17,460 nucleotides of DNA, from contig CBFDTI010000025.1 of assembly GCA_965612795.1 (NCBI GenBank), positions 1 to 17,460 on the forward strand, in the 5' to 3' direction. Below the pieces are notes generated by a model. It was not told the DNA's origin. It saw only the letters and a program-made list of their open reading frames with translations, and ran no database searches. A program made the position numbers and the translations under genes. Origin of the DNA: an uncultured bacterium. GTDB lineage: Bacteria; Hydrothermota; UBA3073; NMUJ01. Below are positions 1 through 8,415 of this stretch, piece after piece; within the stretch, counting starts at the first letter, position 1, and each line of letters begins with the position of its first letter.

Positions 1-813
1 TATCGTACGTATAGACCACCCATAGGGTATGTAGCAGGGCAACTTGAAGTACACGCATATATGGTGTTATTACCAGATAATCTGCTCGCTAACTATGAAC
101 TACTAGCTAAAGAGCTGGGTGTGAAGATAGAACGGTTCATACTTCAGTCCGTAGCTTCCGCATATGCGGTATCACGTGAGGTGGAACGCGAAGAAGGTGT
201 TATGGTCGTGGATATAGGAGGTGGAACCGCTGACATGGCGTTCTTTCAAGATGGTAGATTAGCAGGTGGTGGCAGTAAAGCCGGTATAGGAGGTAGAACC
301 ATAATAACGGCGTTGAGCCAGAATCTCGGTATACCCTTGGTGGAAGCTGAACGTCTACTTAGGGAGGTGGATCTATCCTTGGATTACGTTGATGAATATT
401 GCAAAGTAAGCCGTTCCACGGGTTATGTGGAGATCGAGCTGAACGAAGTGCAATCGATAATGCTTAACTATGTGGAATATTTCTATAAGTTAATCCTAGA
501 ATGGTTACGTCGTATGTATCAGACCAAAAGAAAAGTACTTCTGCCGCCACGTGGGATAATATTGACAGGCGGTATGGCTAACCTCAAAGGCATAATCTCT
601 GAAAGGGTTACCAAATATATGGGAAACAAGTTGGGGATACAGTTGCCAATCTCCATAGGTAAAATTATACCTATTGAAGGTGTATCAGAGGAGTATTTGA
701 CACCTCCTTATGCGACGTTGTTGGGTATGTTAGTGACCACCAATTACTATAAGGTAGAAGTCGCTCCAAGTGGAGGTATATTCAGTAGAATAGCGAGGTG
801 GCTGTTTGGTTAA
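1..813 (+). CDS. ftsA: Cell division protein FtsA (5'-truncated by the window edge)
   Basis: Frame is open from base 1 (YRTYRPPIGYVAGQLEVHAYM), resembling the FtsA 'PIGM.G.RLEV' segment. Actin-fold motifs VVDIGGGT and GIILTGGMANLKG are present, and it ends in an amphipathic membrane-targeting helix GIFSRIARWLFG. The ATG at 61 in the ORF track is internal. Confidence 0.88.
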   Translation, partial: YRTYRPPIGYVAGQLEVHAYMVLLPDNLLANYELLAKELGVKIERFILQSVASAYAVSREVEREEGVMVVDIGGGTADMAFFQDGRLAGGGSKAGIGGRTIITALSQNLGIPLVEAERLLREVDLSLDYVDEYCKVSRSTGYVEIELNEVQSIMLNYVEYFYKLILEWLRRMYQTKRKVLLPPRGIILTGGMANLKGIISERVTKYMGNKLGIQLPISIGKIIPIEGVSEEYLTPPYATLLGMLVTTNYYKVEVAPSGGIFSRIARWLFG

Positions 814-828
814 TTATAAGGAGGTACC

Positions 829-3381
829 ATGCGTAGGGTGACCACTATTTTAATGATATTGTTGTGGCTACCGCTATTCGGCGGTATCCACACTTTGGAT
901 AATGGGCTTACGGTAATAGTGAAGCAGCTACCCGGTAGCCCAGTGGTAAGCATCTGGTATGGTATAAAAACTGGTAGTGGATACGAAGAAGGGTTATATG
1001 GTACAGGTATATCACACTATGTGGAGCATCTTGTTGGCGATGGTACCGAACACTACACAAAGATGCAAATAGACAGCATAAAGGAAGCATTGGGTGGTAT
1101 GGCAAACGCATACACGACGAAGGAGCTTACATGTTATTACATCACAGTATCTGAGGAACATTTGAGAGCGGCACTTGATTTACTTACGGAGGAGGTGTTC
1201 CGTTCCACCATACCACAGGAAGCTGTTGATATGCAGCGTGGCATCATACTCAAGGAAATACTGCAAAATCTGGATGAACCACAAGATCGGTTGTATCAAT
1301 TGATGATGCGAGCACTATTTCTTGATATGCCGATGCGATATCCTACGATAGGGTATACAGAGTTATTTAAGAGTATTACAAGGGAGGAACTTATCACATA
1401 CTACAGAAAACACTATGTGCCTAACAATGCTATTCTGGCGATAGCGGGTGATGTGGATGAGGATAAAGTCTTGAATATTGTGGATGAGATTGTCGGTACC
1501 ATAAAGCCAGGTAGATACGTTTACAAACCGATACCGGCAGAACCGGCACCACCAACAATACGGATGATAGAAGACACGATGGCAACTGAGAACGCATATC
1601 TTGCGATAGGATTTAGGAATGTTGATATTGCACATCCGGATCTGTATCCGATAGATGTATTAGCTACTTTGTTGGGTGAAGGTGAATCCAGTATCTTAAG
1701 GCAACGCTTGATAAAAGAGCGTAACCTTGCACTTACGGTGGACGTGTGGTCACATACACCACATGCACCGTATGGGTACTTTGCGATATGGACCTCTTGT
1801 GTACCTGAAAGCCTGGAGCAGTTAAAAGCAGAAATATTTCACATTATAGACGAACTTAAAGAAAAGGGTGTACCACCGGATGCGGTGTATAGGGCAAAAC
1901 GTGTCATCCGTATACGATATCTATTCCGTTACGAGAAGGCGGAAGAAGTTGCTGAATCCGCAATATGGGATTATTTTATGACGGGGGATGCTGATTTTAC
2001 GCAAACATATTTGGACAGAATTGATAGAGTTACCTTAGCTGATGTTAACCGCGTATTGAGAACGTATCTTGATACAAGTAGGATGGTTATTGCACAGGTT
2101 GTACCTCCCGAATATGCGAGCAGGCCGTCTGTGGGACAGCAGTTTTACGCGTATCCGCCACAGAAGACAGTACTGGATAATGGTATCAGGGTGATAACGC
2201 GTGAGGTGGCATCACCACTTACAGGTATAGTGGTGGGATTTCTCGGAGGTGTACGATACGAACCAAAGGGTAAACATGGTGTATGTAACTTGATGACGAA
2301 GTTGTTATTTGAACGTACCAAACGTCACACGAGTGAGGAACTTGCCGAGATGATTGACGAGCTGGGTGGCCAGATTACGCCATTCAGCGGTAACAATAGT
2401 TTCGGCGTAGAGGCGCAAGTGCTGGCGGAGGATACCAAACGTGCGCTCGAGCTTATAGCAGAAATACTGCAGGAACCGTTATTCGATGAAGAGGATTTTC
2501 AAAGATTGAAAGCACGTCAAATACAGACTATCAAGGCAGAAGTCGATAACCCTTACAGGGAGGTGATGCGTATCTTTCGTGATACTCTGTACAAAAGCCA
2601 TCCATACCATAGCTTACCGACGGGCGAGCTTACAGATGTGGAGGGGCTCACATTGGCTGATGTGAAGGAATTCTACAACTCATGGGTACGTGCGCCAAAC
2701 ATGGTGATCGCTGTGTATGGTGGAATAGATAGCGACGAGGTGGTTTCATGGATAGATAAGCTTTTCGATAAGTTGCCGGATGAAGCTATTACGTATGAAG
2801 TGGAGCCACCGCAGTTTGAGGAAGTTGCTAAAACTATTGAATTACGTACGTCAAAACTACAATCGATAATATTCTGGGGATGGCCGGGCATGCGTGTGGA
2901 TGATGTTGACCGCTACCCCATGCATGTGCTGGATGCAATAATATCGGGTATATATATGCCAGGTGGGTGGTTACATAGTAGGTTAAGAGGTGCAGGCCTT
3001 GTCTATGTCGTACATGCATACAACTGGTTGGGGTTGGATGATGGGTTTTTCCTCATATATGCAGCTACGGCACCAGATAAGGTGGATTCGGTGCTCACTA
3101 TTATGGAGGATGTGATACGTGAGATAACCACAACCCAAGTGGATAGCGGTACGCTCGAGAAAGCCAAACAGATATGTATATCACGTTATGCGATGGAACG
3201 CGAGAAGCTGATCGATCAGGCCAGGATAGCGGTACTTGATGAACTGTATGGGTTGGGATACGATTGGAGTGATAAAGATCCAGCCCGTATCAAAGAAGTG
3301 ACAGCGGAGGATGTGTTGCGGGTGGCACGTAAATACCTACGTTGGGACAATTATCTGCGGGTGGTTACCAACCGAAAGTGA
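829..3381 (+). CDS. M16 family (insulinase/pitrilysin-like) zinc metallopeptidase, fused two-module form, with signal peptide
   Basis: Inverted zinc motif HYVEH (HxxEH), NAYT strand, 'LDNGL' and 'LDNGI' starts of two modules, a second module lacking HxxEH (CNLMTK) but carrying RLRGAGLVY. Hydrophobic N-terminus. SD AAGGAGGT at 818-825. Confidence 0.93.
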   Translation: MRRVTTILMILLWLPLFGGIHTLDNGLTVIVKQLPGSPVVSIWYGIKTGSGYEEGLYGTGISHYVEHLVGDGTEHYTKMQIDSIKEALGGMANAYTTKELTCYYITVSEEHLRAALDLLTEEVFRSTIPQEAVDMQRGIILKEILQNLDEPQDRLYQLMMRALFLDMPMRYPTIGYTELFKSITREELITYYRKHYVPNNAILAIAGDVDEDKVLNIVDEIVGTIKPGRYVYKPIPAEPAPPTIRMIEDTMATENAYLAIGFRNVDIAHPDLYPIDVLATLLGEGESSILRQRLIKERNLALTVDVWSHTPHAPYGYFAIWTSCVPESLEQLKAEIFHIIDELKEKGVPPDAVYRAKRVIRIRYLFRYEKAEEVAESAIWDYFMTGDADFTQTYLDRIDRVTLADVNRVLRTYLDTSRMVIAQVVPPEYASRPSVGQQFYAYPPQKTVLDNGIRVITREVASPLTGIVVGFLGGVRYEPKGKHGVCNLMTKLLFERTKRHTSEELAEMIDELGGQITPFSGNNSFGVEAQVLAEDTKRALELIAEILQEPLFDEEDFQRLKARQIQTIKAEVDNPYREVMRIFRDTLYKSHPYHSLPTGELTDVEGLTLADVKEFYNSWVRAPNMVIAVYGGIDSDEVVSWIDKLFDKLPDEAITYEVEPPQFEEVAKTIELRTSKLQSIIFWGWPGMRVDDVDRYPMHVLDAIISGIYMPGGWLHSRLRGAGLVYVVHAYNWLGLDDGFFLIYAATAPDKVDSVLTIMEDVIREITTTQVDSGTLEKAKQICISRYAMEREKLIDQARIAVLDELYGLGYDWSDKDPARIKEVTAEDVLRVARKYLRWDNYLRVVTNRK

Positions 3382-3402
3382 ACCGCTTAATCGCAAACTA
3401 TG

Positions 3403-6400
3403 TCATTTCACATTCACCAGTTTGTACGTATGAACCTTATCGCCTACTTTTAGGTTGATAAAGTATATACCGGGTGGTAGGTTGTGCGAATCCCATACGA
3501 TGTTGTGTGTACCTGCATCAAGCTGCATACGCTGGGAATATACCCTTGTACCGATGACATTGTACACGTTGAGTGATACACTAGTGGGATGGGTGAGTGA
3601 GAGCCCGATCTTAACCCTATCTGTGAATGGGTTAGGTCTTGGTGGTACGATGCTGACGTGTGACGGGGATGCAATTTCAATCCCTGTGAAGGGATCGTTG
3701 AAGTTACCTGTACGTGATAGGTTACGTCGATATATAGCCCAATAGGAATTGCGCAAACTTGCTGGCTGTTTATAGTCGATGATGTTTACTCCGCTGTTTG
3801 TACCGAATATGAGTTCGAGGTCGCCATCGCCATCGATATCCCATATCATTACAGGTGACCATACACCATCTACCGGCATACGGGAGTGGAGCTGCCCAGT
3901 ATTGAAGTTGACAATATCAATGTATGAGGTCTGTTTGAGTGGTACGACGATCTCGAGTGAATCATCACCGTCGATATCTGCGACAGCCGGTGGTAACAAC
4001 GTATTACCTGCATTGTATGGGAAACCGTCCAATACATTACCCATGGGATCTATACACCACAACTCATTACCTGCAGCAAATAAGATGCGATACAAGCCAC
4101 CTACTGTGATGACGGCAGGTTCGTATTTTATTTGCCCCCCTGTATCTATTGTATGTAATATGTTACCAGAGGCATCAACGATATAGAAGTTATGATTATC
4201 AGACCCTACAAGTATTTCAAGTTGACCATCACCGTTTATATCCGCCAGTACTGGGCTACCCCAGATGTGGCCACCAAGCGCTACAGGGAAACCTGCCACA
4301 ATTGTAGCTGTGGATGTAACCGCGTAGAGGTTACCATCGTATGTACCGAAAATCATCTCTGGTGTATCGTCGTCGTTGATATCACCAACAGCTATGCTAG
4401 AAAGTATGTGATCACTTACTTCGATAGGGAAGCCGGGATAGTCGGTTGTGTCACCATCTCTTAACACGTATAGTTTATTGCCGTAGGTGCCGACGATGAT
4501 CTCTTTGAGACCATTGTTATCGATATCTTTTACGGTAGGTGTACCTATGATGTAGTGGCCTAAATCTCTGTCACCAACAATTGAACCGTCGGTTTCCACT
4601 ATGTAAAGGTGATGGTTTCTGCTACCAATCACTATCTCACAAGTTCCGTCGTTATCTATATCAGCTACTACGGGTGCAGTCCATATCTCGCCAGCTAAAT
4701 CGACCGGCGAGCCAGTTTCGAGGTTACCTTCATAATCCCATATGTAGAGCTTACCATTAAGTGTGGGTGCGATTATTTCGGTTATACCATCGGTATCGAT
4801 ATCGGTGACGGCAGGGCTACCTTTTACACTGCTGCCGGTGGATTGTGGCCACCCTGCTTGGTATATTGTGAGTGTTAGTGTGAACTCAATTGTATCAAGG
4901 TATGGGTGGTTAGATTCGTTTGCGGTTAATATCAACATGGCTGATATGGAGCCAAGCTCAGCATCTGGGGTTGCCTGTAAATAGAATGGGTCGGGATTCG
5001 TTGTGGTTGCACCTGGTGGCAACGTGCCAAAATCTGCTATACTATCGGTAACTATGATGTCAGGGTGTGATACTACCAACCTGGCGGTTAGCTCTTCGGC
5101 GGGTTGCCAACCCTCTTCATTATGTAAGGTGACACGCAGTTCACCGGTTTCACCGGGATTAAATACGCCATCACCGTCACCAATGGCTTCACGTAGATCA
5201 TAGCTCACCAGAACAATATGTGGATAAATTGTAGTGGCTATAGCTTTGTAGATGTTCACCCTACCGCTACCTAATAGCCCAACATAGTCGGGGTTGATAT
5301 CGTCGATATTATCTGCGGTGTTTAATATTTGATTTTCTATCCATGTGTTGGATGAATCGATAAAAAATGACCAGAGTAAAGCGACTGCGGATGCAGCTAC
5401 AGGTGATGCCATGGAGGTGCCATTCCATGCGACATAGCTACCGTACTCGGGGTAGATTGTACTCCAAATTGATACACCGGGCGCAGATAGGTTAACCCAT
5501 ATGCCGTAATTGGAGAACCACGCTTTGCGGTCACTTTGGTCAGTGGCTGCCACCCCTATGCAGTTATTATAAGCTGCAGGATAGAATGGTGTCGGCGCAT
5601 CATCGTTACCTGCAGCTGCAACTATTATCGCACCGCATGAATCATGTGCAACGTTTATGACGTGTCGTCCAAAACCACTATATCTGCCACCCCAGCTGCA
5701 GTTGATCACACAGCGATAGCCGTTCAGATTTGCGGTATGTGCAGCGTAGAGTATACCGTCGTAACCGTTTACGATGGTGTCACCACCCACATAACATTTG
5801 ACCGGCATTATCTTTACACTCCATGCGGTACTTGCTACACCGATACCGTTGTTGGTAACAGCAGAGCCGATACCTGCAACATGTGTACCGTGCATGTGAC
5901 TACCATTGGTTCCGGCACCGGGTTCGCCTTCGGGATTGTTATCACCGCGACCAAAATCCCATCCTATTAAGTCGTCTACTTTGCCATTACCATCGTCATC
6001 AGTACCATTGAGGTCACCTGGATCGAGTATCCATTCACCATCTTCATACTCTATCGTGTGACCATCACCGTCGGCATCCTCGCCGGGGTTCTGCCAGATG
6101 TTATCTATGAGGTCGGGATGATCCCAATCAGTACCTGTGTCGATGACACCGATCACTACAGTAGTATCACCGGGAGTCGAATCCATGAGCAGATTGATGA
6201 ATAAGTCCCATGCTAAATTGGCTTGTATTTTGGGTAGATGCCATTCCTGTGAGTAGCGGGGGTCGTTGGGCTCATATAGCAGATGGAGAATGGGTTCGAC
6301 CTCTGCACGAATTATATGTGGATCGTTATTAAAATCGTGTACGATTTTTTCAATAGGTGTTTTGCTTTCGATGTATAATCTGTAGATCTTGGATAGATAC

Positions 6401-6618
6401 ACAGGGCCATCGTGATCCTCAGGTGAAGCTGATGTGAGCCACTTCTCCATACGTGTAACCCTGTAGAGGCAGGCGAGCGAATCAAATGGCATAATGTTAA
6501 GTTGAACGATACCAGCAACTTTATTGATGTCGAACTCTACATCTTTTCTGAAGGCTACAAGTAACCTATCACTGTAATGATCACCCACCGACAGTAATAG
6601 AAATGCAAACCATAACAT
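3403..6618 (-). CDS. Secreted S8 (subtilisin-like) serine peptidase with FG-GAP-like repeat region and T9SS type A-like C-terminal domain
   Basis: Catalytic triad motifs VIDTG, HGTHVAG and GTSMASP, oxyanion AAAGN, about seven (A/G)DI(D/N)xDGxxEI repeats, and a C-terminal PNPF...VYNVIG...WD...LPPGIYFI domain. SD AGGAGG at 6628-6623. Confidence 0.93.
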   Translation of the reverse strand: MLWFAFLLLSVGDHYSDRLLVAFRKDVEFDINKVAGIVQLNIMPFDSLACLYRVTRMEKWLTSASPEDHDGPVYLSKIYRLYIESKTPIEKIVHDFNNDPHIIRAEVEPILHLLYEPNDPRYSQEWHLPKIQANLAWDLFINLLMDSTPGDTTVVIGVIDTGTDWDHPDLIDNIWQNPGEDADGDGHTIEYEDGEWILDPGDLNGTDDDGNGKVDDLIGWDFGRGDNNPEGEPGAGTNGSHMHGTHVAGIGSAVTNNGIGVASTAWSVKIMPVKCYVGGDTIVNGYDGILYAAHTANLNGYRCVINCSWGGRYSGFGRHVINVAHDSCGAIIVAAAGNDDAPTPFYPAAYNNCIGVAATDQSDRKAWFSNYGIWVNLSAPGVSIWSTIYPEYGSYVAWNGTSMASPVAASAVALLWSFFIDSSNTWIENQILNTADNIDDINPDYVGLLGSGRVNIYKAIATTIYPHIVLVSYDLREAIGDGDGVFNPGETGELRVTLHNEEGWQPAEELTARLVVSHPDIIVTDSIADFGTLPPGATTTNPDPFYLQATPDAELGSISAMLILTANESNHPYLDTIEFTLTLTIYQAGWPQSTGSSVKGSPAVTDIDTDGITEIIAPTLNGKLYIWDYEGNLETGSPVDLAGEIWTAPVVADIDNDGTCEIVIGSRNHHLYIVETDGSIVGDRDLGHYIIGTPTVKDIDNNGLKEIIVGTYGNKLYVLRDGDTTDYPGFPIEVSDHILSSIAVGDINDDDTPEMIFGTYDGNLYAVTSTATIVAGFPVALGGHIWGSPVLADINGDGQLEILVGSDNHNFYIVDASGNILHTIDTGGQIKYEPAVITVGGLYRILFAAGNELWCIDPMGNVLDGFPYNAGNTLLPPAVADIDGDDSLEIVVPLKQTSYIDIVNFNTGQLHSRMPVDGVWSPVMIWDIDGDGDLELIFGTNSGVNIIDYKQPASLRNSYWAIYRRNLSRTGNFNDPFTGIEIASPSHVSIVPPRPNPFTDRVKIGLSLTHPTSVSLNVYNVIGTRVYSQRMQLDAGTHNIVWDSHNLPPGIYFINLKVGDKVHTYKLVNVK
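3770..4860 (-). repeat. Protein-level FG-GAP/VCBS-like Ca-binding repeats (probable beta-propeller) inside the S8 protease; boundaries approximate
   Basis: Repeats TDIDTDGITEI, ADIDNDGTCEI, KDIDNNGLKEI, GDINDDDTPEM, ADINGDGQLEI, ADIDGDDSLEI, WDIDGDGDLEL, with recurring GFP/GWP linkers. Confidence 0.8.
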
Positions 6619-6640
6619 TGTGCCTCCTGCTAACGTTTAG

Positions 6641-6668
6641 AATATAGTAAAGACTTGTGGGTTATCAA
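6641..6668 (-). promoter_or_regulatory. Putative sigma70-type promoter of the S8 protease gene
   Basis: On the - strand, TTGATA (6668-6663)-N16-TATATT (6646-6641) lies upstream of the SD. Confidence 0.5.
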
Positions 6669-6729
6669 CCCAATAATAGCCAATGCGTACTTGTTTAATG
6701 ATATCATCCATACATCGAGTAATACCCAC

Positions 6730-6772
6730 TTTACATTTTAGCAATTAGGTTAATTTATAATCAGATAGGAGG
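6730..6772 (+). promoter_or_regulatory. Putative promoter and SD of the hsp20 operon
   Basis: TTTACA 6730-6735, TAATTT 6751-6756, TATAAT 6756-6761, AGGAGG 6767-6772. The hexamer spacing is non-canonical. Confidence 0.4.
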
Positions 6773-6777
6773 TTATG

Positions 6778-7230
6778 ATGCGTGAGATAAGAGAGTGGTT
6801 ACCACGTGAGTTTAGTTCGATACTTGATGAGTTTCGTAGGCTCGATAGATTGTTGAAGGACTTTTGGGGTAGCCATCCAGAGGTTATGAGTGAAGTAGAA
6901 TGGCGACCTGCCATGGACTTAGAGGAGACTGATGACGATTACATTGTGCAGGTGGAATTACCTGGGCTTAAGAAGGAAGATATTGAAATCAGTGTGAGTG
7001 AGGATCATCTTACAATCAAAGGTGAACGTAAACGCGAGAAAGAAGAAAAGGGTAAACGCTACCATAGGATTGAGCGCTGGTATGGTAAGTTTGAACGTAC
7101 GGTAAGGTTTCCGACGAAGGTCGACCCCAACAAGGCAAAAGCTGAATATAAAGCGGGTGTATTGAGGGTTACGTTACCTAAACTGGAAAGGGCCAAACCA
7201 CATCGTATTGAAATAAAGGTAGAAGAGTGA
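6778..7230 (+). CDS. Hsp20/alpha-crystallin family small heat shock protein (start 6778 or 6775)
   Basis: WRPAMDLEETDDDYIVQVELPGLKKEDIEI, ERWYGKFERTVRFP, AEYKAGVLRVTLPK and a C-terminal IEI motif. SD spacing favours the second ATG. Confidence 0.95.
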   Translation: MREIREWLPREFSSILDEFRRLDRLLKDFWGSHPEVMSEVEWRPAMDLEETDDDYIVQVELPGLKKEDIEISVSEDHLTIKGERKREKEEKGKRYHRIERWYGKFERTVRFPTKVDPNKAKAEYKAGVLRVTLPKLERAKPHRIEIKVEE

Positions 7231-7520
7231 TGGCACAGCAGCCAGGGGCGGGGGGATGGGTAGCTTTCCTCCCGCTCATACTTATTTTTATTATCCTTTA
7301 CTTGTTCATGATACTGCCGCAACAACGTATGATGCGCAAGAAGCAACAGATGTTGCAGAGTCTAAGGAAGGGCGACCGTGTCGTCACTAATGGTGGGTTA
7401 CATGGGCAGATCACTGCGGTGAAGGATAAAACTGTGAAAATAAAGATTGCACCTAATGTAGAGATTACAGTCGAGAAGGACTCTATCTCACGCGTGGTTA
7501 AACCGGTTGAAAGTGGCTAA
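7230..7520 (+). CDS. yajC: Preprotein translocase subunit YajC
   Basis: A single TM helix (FLPLILIFIILYLFMILPQ) followed by LRKGDRVVTNGGLHGQI. The ATG overlaps the hsp20 stop (TGATG). Confidence 0.95.
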   Translation: MAQQPGAGGWVAFLPLILIFIILYLFMILPQQRMMRKKQQMLQSLRKGDRVVTNGGLHGQITAVKDKTVKIKIAPNVEITVEKDSISRVVKPVESG

Positions 7521-8415
7521 AATAGTCTTCTTTGGTACAGGTAGGTTTGGTGCACTTGTACTCGAACAGTTAGCGTGTAGGCAGCCAGTATCGTTGGTTA
7601 TAACCACATGTGGTAAAAGTTGTACATCAGAGGTGGGGGGTATCGCAGCTTCAATGGGGATTAAGACCATAGCCATAGATGATCCACATAAAGAGGAAGT
7701 GCTTGCACTTATCAGAGAAGTGGCGCCAGACTACCTTGTGTTGGCAGATTATGGTAAGATACTTAAACGTAAGGTGTTGGAGCTCGCAAATAGGAGGTTG
7801 AACGTACATCCGTCACTTTTACCTAAATATAGAGGTGCTGCCCCTATACAATGGGCTATAATAAATGGTGAGGAAAAGACTGGTGTCACAATATTGGATA
7901 TAGCACCGAAAGTGGATGCCGGCGATATATATGCGCAGGTGGAAGTAACCATCGAGCCACACGAAACGTACGGGGAACTACGTGAGCGGTTGGGAAGGAT
8001 TGGTGGCAACCTACTCGTAGATACACTCGAGAAGATAGATAGAGATGAAGTAACCCCTACACCGCAGGATGAAAGTATGGCTACATACGCACCAAAGATA
8101 AAAGATGAGACAGCGAGGATAGATTGGCACAAACCTGCACGCACTATATTCAACCTTGTAAGAGGGTTGAACCCACAACCTGGTGCATACACGTATTTTC
8201 GAGGTAGGCGGTTGAAGATATGGAAAGCGCTACCCAAGGAAAGCGATGGTGATGTAACGGCTGGCACAGTGATCAGTGTGAAACCTGAGCTTGCTGTACA
8301 GACTGGTGATGGTATATTGGTGATACATGAATTGCAACCTGAGTATCGTAAGGTTATGGATGCGATTGCCTTTATTAATGGGTATCGACCTCGAGTGGGT
8401 GAGGTATTGGGTTGA
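7507..8415 (+). CDS. fmt: Methionyl-tRNA formyltransferase (start TTG 7507 or GTG 7513)
   Basis: IVFFGT, YGKIL, NVHPSLLPKYRGAAPIQWAI, DAGDI, ATYAPKI, IDW and a full C-terminal OB-like domain (LNPQPGAY, TGDGIL, LQPE). The N-terminal loop is atypical (see findings). Confidence 0.88.
   Translation: MKVAKIVFFGTGRFGALVLEQLACRQPVSLVITTCGKSCTSEVGGIAASMGIKTIAIDDPHKEEVLALIREVAPDYLVLADYGKILKRKVLELANRRLNVHPSLLPKYRGAAPIQWAIINGEEKTGVTILDIAPKVDAGDIYAQVEVTIEPHETYGELRERLGRIGGNLLVDTLEKIDRDEVTPTPQDESMATYAPKIKDETARIDWHKPARTIFNLVRGLNPQPGAYTYFRGRRLKIWKALPKESDGDVTAGTVISVKPELAVQTGDGILVIHELQPEYRKVMDAIAFINGYRPRVGEVLG

Noticed and set aside
3450..6518. Many short ORFs nested in or antisense to the S8 protease gene
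   Set aside because: Alternative-frame or antisense shadows of a long, well-supported CDS.
6738..6764. Possible CIRCE (HrcA operator) upstream of hsp20, starting TTAGCAATT
   Set aside because: Only a partial left arm. The position of the right arm reads TATAATCAG instead of GAGTGCTAA.
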